Assembly (NCBI RefSeq): GCF_009914755.1 | Contig: NC_060940.1 | Origin: the human T2T-CHM13v2.0 reference genome, Homo sapiens | Reading direction: 5' to 3' (one strand) | Length of the DNA stretch: 64,000 nucleotides | Shown here: positions 38,023 through 47,900 of the stretch, piece by piece | Layout: each line of letters starts with the position of its first letter | Numbering within the stretch: position 1 is the stretch's first letter | The notes under the pieces: generated by a model | Told to the model about the DNA's origin: nothing | Seen by the model: the letters and a program-made list of their open reading frames with translations, nothing else | Database searches by the model: none | Program-made: the position numbers and the translations under genes

Positions 38023-38059
38023 TGGCCAAAACCGCAATTACTTTTGCACCAACCTAATA
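38023..38059. mobile_element. Half MADE1 / single Hsmar1 terminal inverted repeat
   Basis: TGGCCAAAACCGCAATTACTTTTGCACCAACCTAA followed by TA matches one arm of the MADE1 palindrome. Confidence 0.9.
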
Positions 38060-38769
38060 CTTTAAAACAAACAACAACAAAAACACAGTTGTTATTCAAA
38101 CATAAATTCAACTGGCGCTCACTTTTGTCTTCACTTAAGTTAATCAGATGTTCATGTTACTATGAAGTTGACCAGTTAATTTGTAATGAATAATTAGTTA
38201 ATTTGTAATGAATAATATTTCACTGAGTAGTCAAGCCCTCTTTCCACTAAACCAAGCTGCTTCTCACTGTACTAAACCCCGGGCTCTCTCTAAACTTTCA
38301 GGTGTTCCACTCCTTGTCACCTTCCCCTAGATCCTGAGTGGGGTTCACTCTTAGCTCCCTCGGGGGCCACTTCTCAACACTTACAGAGCTCCTATTGACC
38401 TGGTACGGTGGCTCACGCCTGTAATCCCAGCACTTTGGCAGGCCGAGGTGTGGGGATCACCTGAGGTCGGGAGTTCGAGACCAGCCTGACCAGCAAGGAG
38501 AAACCCTGTCTCTACTAAAAATACAAAAAATTAGCCAGGCGTGGTGGCGCATGCCTGTAATCCCAGCTACTCGGGAGGCTGAGATAGGAGAATTGCTTGA
38601 ACCTGGCAGGCGGAGGTTGGGTGAGCCGAGATCGTGCCATTGCACTCTAGCCTGGGCAACAAGAGCGAAACTGTCTCCAAAAAAAAGAAAGAAAAGAAAA
38701 AAAGAAGACTTCCTATCTCCACCTGGGTCCCCAAGAGGTAAGAGGTATCTCCTTTTCTCCTGAGCCTAG

Positions 38770-39900
38770 GTCACCTCGGGGTCCCCCGAAGTTCCCCAGA
38801 AGGGGCTGCACAAGTCAGGACAAGAAGTCCAGGAAATGGGGGGTCGCCGATGACCACGCCCCGGGGCTCTGTTTGGGAACCCCCAAAATTTACTGAGGTG
38901 GAAAGATTGCGGGATCATTGTGGGGTCAGGCTGAGGGGGCCGGGCCCAGCCCTATTCACGTGACCCGGTCCCAGGGAGAGGAGTTTGTTCACCCACCAGA
39001 GGGAACGCCCGACGCGAAGGCAGTGTGGCACCCTCCCTTCCCGGGGAGTCCTGGGCGTTGCTCTCCCACCCCGGCCGTGACGCAATCTCTCCGCGCCGGG
39101 GGCGGGACGCGCTTGACGCCATCTCCGGGCGCCCGGCTGTGGGGGGCGCTGGGTGTGGGGCGGCTCCGGGGCCGGGGATGGCGGCGGCCGCGGTTGCGGC
39201 GGCTCCGGGACGAGTGAGTGGATCCTGGGAAGCGCTGTGAAATGGGCTGGTGAGTGTCCCTGGAAGTGGTGGCCGCCGGGGCCAGGCAGGCCTGGGGTCG
39301 GTGCTCCGGAGGAAGTGGCCCTCAGGAGCCCGTTGCTCCGGCGGGCCGGGGCCCATGAACCGTGGACAGACGGAGGGGAGAGGCCGCACCTAGACCCCCT
39401 CGCGCTTCTCTCTGGCCTGTCCTGGAAGGTGGCCTCAGGCCCCGGCGCCCCGGAGGCTGTGTGCCTGCGAGCCAAGGTGTCCGAGTCTGTGGGGCGGGAA
39501 GGGCCCCCAAACAAGGAAGCGTCGCCTGCAGGGCCTCGCCCCTGCCCCCTTGGTGAAGGGTGGACCCCCTACTCTCTAAACGCAGAATTCCCAATTTCGA
39601 GCCCTACCCTTGTTGGATCAAGGATTGCGGGACCACTGGGAGCCATAACCGTAGTCTCTGACAAGCTTCTCCCTTTCTGTCGGGCGCACCTCTCGCCCGC
39701 AGAGAATTTGGGTCTCCAGCTGGGTTCAGCCCCTTGATTCCGACCCAAGCGTGATGAGGAGCTTGGTTCCGGGCTCTGCTAGCAGCGTTGGCAACTCTCC
39801 TGAACAGCCTGTTAGCTCGGTTGGGGTGACAAGCTGCGTTTTCCCTTTGAGATGCTCAGTGAGGTTCTCGAGAGGCGGAGGTTTCGGATTCTTAAGTGTG
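38770..39900 (+). promoter_or_regulatory. CpG-island promoter of ATXN1L
   Basis: High CpG/GC; CCACGCCC Sp/KLF site near 38854; E-box TCACGTGAC 38956-38964; TGACGCAAT 39078-39086; GGGGCGGG boxes. Confidence 0.88.
39120..39213 (+). other. ATXN1L: ATXN1L exon 1 (5'UTR; start approximate; alternative donor possible after 39249)
   Basis: CGA|GTGAGT donor at 39214 and CTG|GTGAGT at 39250 within the CpG island. Confidence 0.65.
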
Positions 39901-41154
39901 TTTTGCGTTGTGGGAACCTGGCGCACAGGCTTGGCTCTTTGTTTTCCTTTCTGCAGACCTTTTGCCTCTTTCGGTCCCTTTACTAGCCTGTGTTTGCTAA
40001 CTTCTCGGTGACCTGGAGGCAGGTTTTCTTTAAAGTTTTCGTTACAGAAAGCAAGGATCATTTTGGGATTGAAGTGTGACCCCAGTTTCTGTTGGGAATG
40101 AAGAAGAAAGCAAGCTGCTTTTCAGTTATTAAAGCTGCTGGTGGAGAAAAGAGTCATTATTTATGCCACTGTGTAATAATATGTGTTTGTGGAATTAGGA
40201 ATTTGTCTTCCCACTGTGTTTTCCTATCCTTCCACCTTTTGTGTACACCTGCACCTTGCCAATCTTAAGAGGGAAATGTTGCATTCGGTTTGGGTTGAGG
40301 CTTAGAGTGTTCTATAGGACTTGGACAGGATAGTCAGTTTCTCAGAGCACTCACTCATCTGTACTGCCTTCTCTGTTTTCAGAGGTTAAGGCTCCATTCT
40401 TTCTCGCTTTGCGTTTCTGGCAAGTGTAGATTCACATAGTGATGGTTTAGTGGTAGTTTTGTTTCACCAGTGTTAGCCAGCTGAGGACCAAGGCAATATT
40501 TTCAGTTTCTTTCATACCTGATTCAGCACTTGGTATACTGTCACTCAGAAAATTTTACATACACACACACATATGCTCTTTTTTTTTTAACCCTGAAAAT
40601 CTCTTAATAAGTCTTCTCCTTGAGTGACTCCCCCCTGACCTCTTTTTCTGCCCCAGAAACATAAATAATTGTTCTTTTTCATCTAGTGCTGCTTTTTTTC
40701 ATTTAAATAACTCCACATTTATGTTTTCATAGGCCCAGAATAAAGGGGAAATCCATAGAGTTGATTTTTCCTGCTTCCCATTGTTCATATGGGAACAGTG
40801 TTAAAGCTTCCATTTTTATTTGTGCGTTTATCTGAAATTTGGATTGGAGCAAATTTAACCTTTGGGGAACAGGCACAGGTAGATGTTAGGGAAATGATGT
40901 TACGGAAAACCAATGAAATTTGATACATGGAAATTTTTTTTCAGGGATGTCTTCTTACAAGTTGGAGCATTAGAGGTGTTTTTCTCTCTGTTCAACTGCC
41001 TGGGCACTCTGGGTAAATGTACTGTTTACCTGTGGAGAAGAAGATGAGGCAAGGACGTGTATACTCTAATGCTTTGGAATTACCTTTCATGGTGACCCTG
41101 GGGAGAATTAGAGGTCAGGCAGCCGCTTACTCCATTCCTGTTTCTATCTTCTAG

Positions 41155-41216
41155 GCTCCCGAGCCAGCCGGGAGGACACTTACTACAGCTGCTCAGAAGC
41201 ACCACTGGAAACTCAG
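41155..41216 (+). other. ATXN1L: ATXN1L exon 2 (62-nt 5'UTR exon)
   Basis: Polypyrimidine tract TTCCTGTTTCTATCTTCTAG| acceptor and CAG|GTAATA donor. Confidence 0.8.
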
Positions 41217-42355
41217 GTAATACCGGCACTTTGAATTCCTTGTTTCAGGAAAATATCTGGGATGTCACAGTGGAAAAACAGAACAGAATGTAATATAGAA
41301 AGCTCTTTTCAGATCCAAAGAACTGGAACCTGGTTGGAAGAAATAGGCAGCAAAGTTCATGTGCACTGAAGTGTTCAGACCAAAAAGTTGCTTTATAACA
41401 ATGGACAAAAGCATTTGTGAAAGGTGACAATAAGAGAAAAGGGAAAGAGAACTTTCTTATGAATCATACAGATACGGGGAAAAAAACAGGCATGTTTAGA
41501 GGAATGGAACCAGAATTTCATGGAGTGGTGCCTGGAGCAGACCTACAGTGGAGAAGGAGCTATTGGTAAAAGAAAGCACAAAGAAAAAAGAAAGGGAATG
41601 AATAGAGAAGGCAAATTGAAGGTGATCATTGAGAAGAAGCCTTTTGAGACTAGGGAACCGGAAGTGTACGTAAGGTCAGAAGAATTTAGAATTTTGTTGT
41701 TCTTTGGTGAAGAGGAGAAACAAGTTGACAGCAAACTAGTTTAATCACTTTCACTATATAGAGGCTGAGTTAAAATGTATTATTTCATGGGTCAAAGATG
41801 TTAATTTTCATAACCTGGTTAGGGAGCAAAGTCTTAAAAAAAAAACAAAACACGAGCAGACCTGAGGGTTTTGGCACCTAGGTCCTTGAGGTACTGATGA
41901 GATGAGGCAAAGGAGGAAGAGAGTTTTTAGCCAGGCTTGGGATAGCAGTAGGTGAGATCATAACCCAAATTAGGCTACAGAAAGGAAGCAAGGATGAGGT
42001 CATATGTTCAGGAAAGAAGGTGGCACATTCATGTTTGGTAGCAAAAGGAGAAACTTAAGAAAAAGAGCCAGCAGGAGGCTGGGCGCTGTGGCTCACACCC
42101 GTAATCCCAGCACTTTGGGAGGCTGAGGTGGGCGGATCACCCAAGGGCAGGCGTTCGAGACTAGCCTGGCCAACATGGTGAAACCCCATCTCTACTAAAA
42201 ATACAAAGTTAGCCAGGCGTGGTGGTGCATGCCTGTAGTCCCAGCTGCTTGGGAGGCTGAGGCAGGAGAATTGCTTGAACCCGGGAGGCGAGGTTGCGGT
42301 GAGCTGAGATTGCACCATGTACTGTGGCCAGGGCAACAAGAGCAAAACTCCATGT

Positions 42356-42392
<37 letters not shown>

Positions 42393-42772
42393 CAAAAGAG
42401 CCAGCAGGAAAGACCATGTGTTCAAAGCCCCCTTTGGGAAGAAGGCAGAAAAGAGACAAGGTGCTTATGAGACACATGACTAACCGTGAAGCTGTTGGTC
42501 TCCCTGGGCTTGTGGAGCCCACAGGTTATTTGTGCATTGGTGAATGCGTGTCCCTGTAGCTCTTTGTGCCTTGTGATTTCCCCGACTGTTTCTCTCATGT
42601 CCCAGGCTGGATGAGTTGGGGGTAGCCTCCTTGTCTGCCCCTTTCTCTTTCCTCCTTATTTTCTAACAGTCCCCTTTGTTACATCTTCCTCCATGGCACA
42701 GTTCTTTCTATTTCCTTTGTCTTGGCTCATCCCTAGGTTACTTTTCTTTGCCTCTGATTTGTTCCCTAATAG

Positions 42773-42889
42773 ATGTGGGCGCCCCAGCCAGAAGCAGAGA
42801 GGGGTACAGGGAAGCTACAGAGAAGCCCCTTCTGATGCCCCAGGGAGCAAGTCGACTCCTTCCAGGCTCCAGGAACACCACAAAGCAAT
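42773..42889 (+). other. ATXN1L: ATXN1L exon 3, 5'UTR portion (117 nt)
   Basis: Long pyrimidine tract ending GTTCCCTAATAG| at 42772. Confidence 0.75.
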
Positions 42890-44959
42890 ATGAAACCTGT
42901 TCATGAAAGGAGTCAGGAATGCCTTCCACCAAAGAAACGAGACCTCCCCGTGACCAGCGAGGATATGGGGAGAACTACCAGCTGCTCCACTAACCACACA
43001 CCCTCCAGTGATGCTTCTGAATGGTCCCGAGGGGTTGTGGTGGCTGGGCAGAGCCAGGCAGGAGCCAGAGTCAGCCTGGGGGGTGATGGAGCTGAGGCCA
43101 TCACCGGTCTGACAGTGGACCAGTATGGCATGCTGTATAAGGTGGCTGTGCCGCCTGCCACCTTTTCACCAACTGGACTCCCATCTGTGGTGAATATGAG
43201 TCCCTTGCCCCCAACGTTTAATGTAGCGTCTTCACTAATTCAACATCCAGGCATCCACTATCCTCCACTCCACTATGCTCAGCTCCCATCCACCTCGCTG
43301 CAGTTCATTGGGTCTCCTTATAGCCTTCCCTATGCTGTGCCACCTAATTTCCTACCGAGTCCCCTCCTATCTCCTTCTGCCAACCTTGCCACCTCTCACC
43401 TTCCACACTTTGTGCCATATGCCTCACTTCTGGCTGAAGGAGCCACTCCTCCCCCACAGGCTCCCTCCCCGGCCCACTCATTTAACAAAGCTCCCTCTGC
43501 CACCTCCCCATCTGGGCAATTGCCACATCATTCAAGTACTCAGCCGCTGGACCTTGCTCCAGGTCGGATGCCCATTTATTATCAGATGTCCAGGCTACCT
43601 GCTGGGTATACTTTGCATGAAACCCCTCCAGCAGGTGCCAGCCCAGTTCTTACCCCTCAGGAGAGCCAGTCTGCTCTGGAAGCAGCTGCTGCAAATGGAG
43701 GACAGAGACCACGAGAGCGAAATTTAGTAAGACGGGAAAGTGAAGCCCTTGACTCCCCCAACAGCAAGGGTGAAGGCCAGGGACTGGTGCCAGTGGTAGA
43801 ATGTGTGGTGGATGGACAGTTGTTTTCAGGTTCTCAGACTCCACGGGTAGAGGTAGCAGCACCAGCACACCGGGGGACCCCGGACACTGACCTTGAGGTC
43901 CAGCGGGTGGTTGGCGCTTTAGCTTCTCAGGACTATCGTGTGGTGGCAGCTCAGAGGAAGGAGGAACCCAGCCCCCTCAACCTATCCCATCATACCCCCG
44001 ACCATCAGGGTGAGGGGCGAGGGTCAGCCAGGAACCCTGCAGAGCTGGCAGAGAAAAGTCAGGCCCGTGGGTTCTACCCTCAGTCCCATCAGGAACCAGT
44101 AAAACATAGACCTTTACCCAAAGCAATGGTTGTAGCCAATGGCAACCTGGTGCCCACTGGAACTGACTCAGGCCTGCTGCCTGTGGGCTCGGAGATCCTG
44201 GTAGCATCAAGTCTGGACGTGCAGGCCAGAGCCACCTTCCCAGACAAGGAGCCAACGCCGCCCCCCATTACCTCCTCTCACTTGCCTTCCCATTTCATGA
44301 AAGGCGCCATCATCCAGCTGGCTACGGGAGAGCTGAAGCGGGTGGAGGACCTCCAGACCCAGGATTTTGTGCGCAGTGCCGAAGTGAGCGGGGGGCTGAA
44401 GATTGACTCTAGCACGGTCGTGGACATTCAGGAGAGCCAATGGCCTGGATTTGTCATGCTGCATTTTGTGGTTGGTGAGCAGCAGAGCAAAGTGAGCATC
44501 GAAGTGCCCCCCGAGCACCCCTTCTTTGTATATGGCCAGGGTTGGTCCTCTTGCAGCCCTGGGCGGACGACACAACTCTTCTCTCTGCCCTGCCATCGGC
44601 TACAGGTGGGAGATGTCTGCATCTCTATCAGTTTACAGAGCTTGAACAGTAACTCAGTTTCTCAGGCCAGCTGTGCTCCCCCAAGCCAGCTGGGTCCCCC
44701 CCGAGAAAGGCCTGAGAGGACGGTCTTGGGATCCAGAGAGCTATGTGACAGTGAGGGGAAGAGCCAGCCGGCAGGAGAGGGCTCCCGTGTGGTAGAGCCT
44801 TCCCAGCCTGAGTCCGGTGCTCAGGCCTGCTGGCCAGCCCCGAGCTTCCAAAGATACAGCATGCAAGGGGAGGAGGCACGGGCTGCGCTGCTCCGTCCCT
44901 CTTTCATTCCACAGGAGGTAAAGCTGTCCATTGAAGGGCGTTCCAATGCGGGAAAATGA
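42890..44959 (+). CDS. ATXN1L: Ataxin-1-like protein (BOAT1), 689 aa, single coding exon
   Basis: N-terminal ECLPPKKR, AXH domain (HFMKGAIIQLATGELKRVEDLQTQDF...HPFFVYGQGWSSCSPGRT...LQVGDVCISI), C-terminal IPQEVKLSIEGRSNAGK; ataxin-1 family, no polyQ. Confidence 0.99.
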   Translation: MKPVHERSQECLPPKKRDLPVTSEDMGRTTSCSTNHTPSSDASEWSRGVVVAGQSQAGARVSLGGDGAEAITGLTVDQYGMLYKVAVPPATFSPTGLPSVVNMSPLPPTFNVASSLIQHPGIHYPPLHYAQLPSTSLQFIGSPYSLPYAVPPNFLPSPLLSPSANLATSHLPHFVPYASLLAEGATPPPQAPSPAHSFNKAPSATSPSGQLPHHSSTQPLDLAPGRMPIYYQMSRLPAGYTLHETPPAGASPVLTPQESQSALEAAAANGGQRPRERNLVRRESEALDSPNSKGEGQGLVPVVECVVDGQLFSGSQTPRVEVAAPAHRGTPDTDLEVQRVVGALASQDYRVVAAQRKEEPSPLNLSHHTPDHQGEGRGSARNPAELAEKSQARGFYPQSHQEPVKHRPLPKAMVVANGNLVPTGTDSGLLPVGSEILVASSLDVQARATFPDKEPTPPPITSSHLPSHFMKGAIIQLATGELKRVEDLQTQDFVRSAEVSGGLKIDSSTVVDIQESQWPGFVMLHFVVGEQQSKVSIEVPPEHPFFVYGQGWSSCSPGRTTQLFSLPCHRLQVGDVCISISLQSLNSNSVSQASCAPPSQLGPPRERPERTVLGSRELCDSEGKSQPAGEGSRVVEPSQPESGAQACWPAPSFQRYSMQGEEARAALLRPSFIPQEVKLSIEGRSNAGK
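44258..44653 (+). other. ATXN1L: AXH domain coding region (approx. aa 457-588)
   Basis: Motifs characteristic of the ataxin-1/HBP1 AXH fold. Confidence 0.85.
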
Positions 44960-47900
44960 ACCTCTTCCCCAGACCAGGACTGGGGCTTTACCCCAGAGCC
45001 TCGCCTCGCCGCCGTGAGCAGGCAGAGGATTTGCACACGCCGAGCAGGGAATGGCTTTCTTGGCAGTGAGATTTGGGGGAAAGGGGAGGCATGAAGTCAG
45101 CCTCCCAAGGCAGGATCTGTTGTTCATTACCCCATGGCATCCTTTCAGGACAACCCCAGAGGGTGTTGTGATGGGGAGCAGCAGGCCTGGGGCAAGGAAG
45201 GAAGGGGGTGCACACAGGAGAAGAAACATTCCAAAATCAGGGCCTCCCTGTTCTTTCCTCCCCATCCCTAGCTCCTGCAAGAGAAAGTCCAGGCTTTGGG
45301 AGCAGATGGCAGAGGGAGGGAGTAAAGAAAGAGCCAAAAATGATGATCCACAGCTTATAGTAGCAGTTAAACTGTCAGAAGTTTTTTTTCTTTTTTGTGG
45401 TAGAAGGGCAGGAGGCCCCAAGGTTGGAAATAAGAGGGTTCCCACCCAGAACCCTTCTTGTGAGAGATGCGCACTTTAAAGGGTGATTTTGTTCCAGATG
45501 TCTATGGCTGGGTGTGTGGGGGAGGAGCACTCTCATCTGCAGGACTCTGCTTGATCCTCTGCTTCATAGCCCTTCCCCATCTCTCCTCACCATTCTGCCT
45601 ACAAGGCTTCTAGCAGCACGGGGGCCCGGAGGGAGAGCCCCTTCAGGGTTCAGAGTGAAGTACTACCTTGCCAGGGACTCAGTCAGGGGACTTTGGGAGA
45701 AAGACTTGATAGCCAGGCTGACTGGGTTCTAGGCAGGCCCTCTGGAAAGGTAGCTCACCTAACAAAGCTCCTCCAACTCAGCATGCCAGACCCACTTTGA
45801 AATCTCACAGAATCTTGCTGGTAATGGTGACTTTAGAACTAGTAGACCCTTTTTCCCAGGCACTGACCCCCCACCTTTGTCTGTGTTGTGCCCAAGTGCC
45901 TGCGCCACCCCCACCCTCCTGCTGCGCTGACCGCTGCATGGTGTCGTGACCTGGGCCTCATTTGTAGCTGCACTGCCTTTCCTTGTCTGCAAAGTTGGTT
46001 TTGTCCACTCTGACCAAGACCTCTAGTTTTTGGTGGGTAGGGGGTCTCTCTGGTTTCCCCTTCAGCTATAATCTCTATTTTTAAAATCTCAAAATCATGT
46101 CCCCTCCACTTCCACTGCCAAACAGCTTGGTGAAGAAACAAGAAGGGAACTATGCCCTGGGCCAGGGCGAATGCGTGGCTGGGCAGTGCCCATCATGGCA
46201 TTTTCACATGTCCCATATGCCCCTCCTGTCTTATTCCACTGCTTCTCCCAGCATTCTGGTGCCTCCAAGCCATCCCCTCCCACCACCAGCTCTAAGATTC
46301 TAGGATAGTCTTGATAACATTTCAGTACCTGAATAGATGTCATTTTGTGTTGGTATATTCCTCTGCAAAAAGTATTTTCAATCTTGGTTGCATTGGCACC
46401 CCCCCTACCCCCCACCAATGTCTTAATCCCACATTTTCTTCACAACTTTTAGCATCAGCTCAGACCGTGGGGTTCCACTGGGTATTGGGAATTAGGCTCC
46501 CCCACTAGCTTTCAGGTGGGTAAGTTTTTTTGTTTGTTTTTTGGGGGTCTTTAGACTCTTGAAGGCAACTCAGGGTATTGTCCACGCAGCTCTCTGGTTA
46601 GACTTCTCCCAGGCTATGATCCTGGCATGTCCTTTATAAGGTATACTTGGATTGGCCGAGACCTGGCCTGGCATCAGGAGTCCAAACCTCTGAGGTCTGA
46701 TCTCTGCTCTGTCAAGGACTTTCGGCAAGTCTCGTGACCTCTGGCTCTTTCACTTCCTCCCCACCTGCCAAATGGGGATAAATAATCTTACCTACCTCCT
46801 GGGGGGAGGGGAAGTTCTGAGAATGGAGTCATTCTTAGTGTTCAGGTGCTAAAGGTTGTTCTCCTGGGGGAACAGAGTGACTGAAACTGGCTTGTTTGCT
46901 ACAAGCCCTACCCTCCACTCTTTCATTCCTTGAAAGCAGTTTGCCTGGTCAGTCAGCTTTTGGGGGTCCATCAAAGGAGGTTGCTGACCTGACCGTGAGT
47001 GCTTCAGTATCTGGTTTGTGTCAGAACCAGACGCCAACTTTGTACTGCATTTGGGATCATATCTTTCCCCTTCTCTGTCCCCCATTCTCTGAATGCTGCT
47101 TTCTCTGGCTTGTTTCCTACAGTGGGGGCCTGTGGGGTTGAGTCTTGAGGAATCCCCTCAAATGAGAAGGCCTTGGGAGAAGGCCTCATCTCTGGCTGTT
47201 TCATGAGCAACTCATTCCTAGAGTTCATTGTTTGCATGGGTTTCTCACAAGCGTCCTTCCTCATAGGAAGGCTCATCAACTGAATTTAGTGACATGTACA
47301 CAGTAGATGCTCAAGCAGTGTCTGCAAGGACACAAGCTGAGCTTTCTCCTTATGGGGCAAACCTATGTCTAACCAGATACAGACCAATTAGTTTAGATCA
47401 AATCACCTTCCACTTGGGCTACTTGTGACTTTCCAACCTGGTAACTTCCACTGAATTCTGGAAAGAGAAATTCTTGAGGACCCTGGCAAGTTGGGCCCTG
47501 ACCTTTCTGTTGCTGTCTCTTGCTGGTGAAGCAATACCAGCAGTTCCTGTAATACCACAATATCGTTCCATGCATATATAACATATTAATACTTGATTTT
47601 GCTGAGCTGCAAAGGTATCTGTCATAAAATATGGTCCCCAGGAAAAGAATCTCTGTGCTCTAAATCTCGGTCAGAGCTGTGGCCTCCCCCTTGCCTTTAA
47701 CCTCTAGTTTAGTCTTTTCCTCCAGGCATGAAAAATATGACTAACCTGTGGTGTGTCCATTCTTCCTTATAGGAATTTCCTGAGTTTGCAGGAGACATGA
47801 GAGCAGTTTTTAGCGAGTATTTTAGTGGGAAGTTGCCAACTTTTTAAGAATGAGCAGTTGACAAGGGCCAGAGCCTGTCCCTTGTCAGCAGTAGGACATT

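Noticed and set aside
38915-39737. 145-199 aa Pro/Gly/Arg-rich ORFs on both strands (similar ones at 1264-2412)
   Set aside because: Stop-codon depletion in GC-rich CpG islands; they run through splice donors and resemble no known protein.
43275-43727. 150-aa alternate-frame ORF inside ATXN1L
   Set aside because: Many upstream ATGs, weak context, and a different frame and position from Alt-ATXN1; probably a shadow of codon usage.
44741-45445. 234-aa antisense ORF over the ATXN1L stop
   Set aside because: Non-ATG start, no recognisable domain, no promoter evidence.
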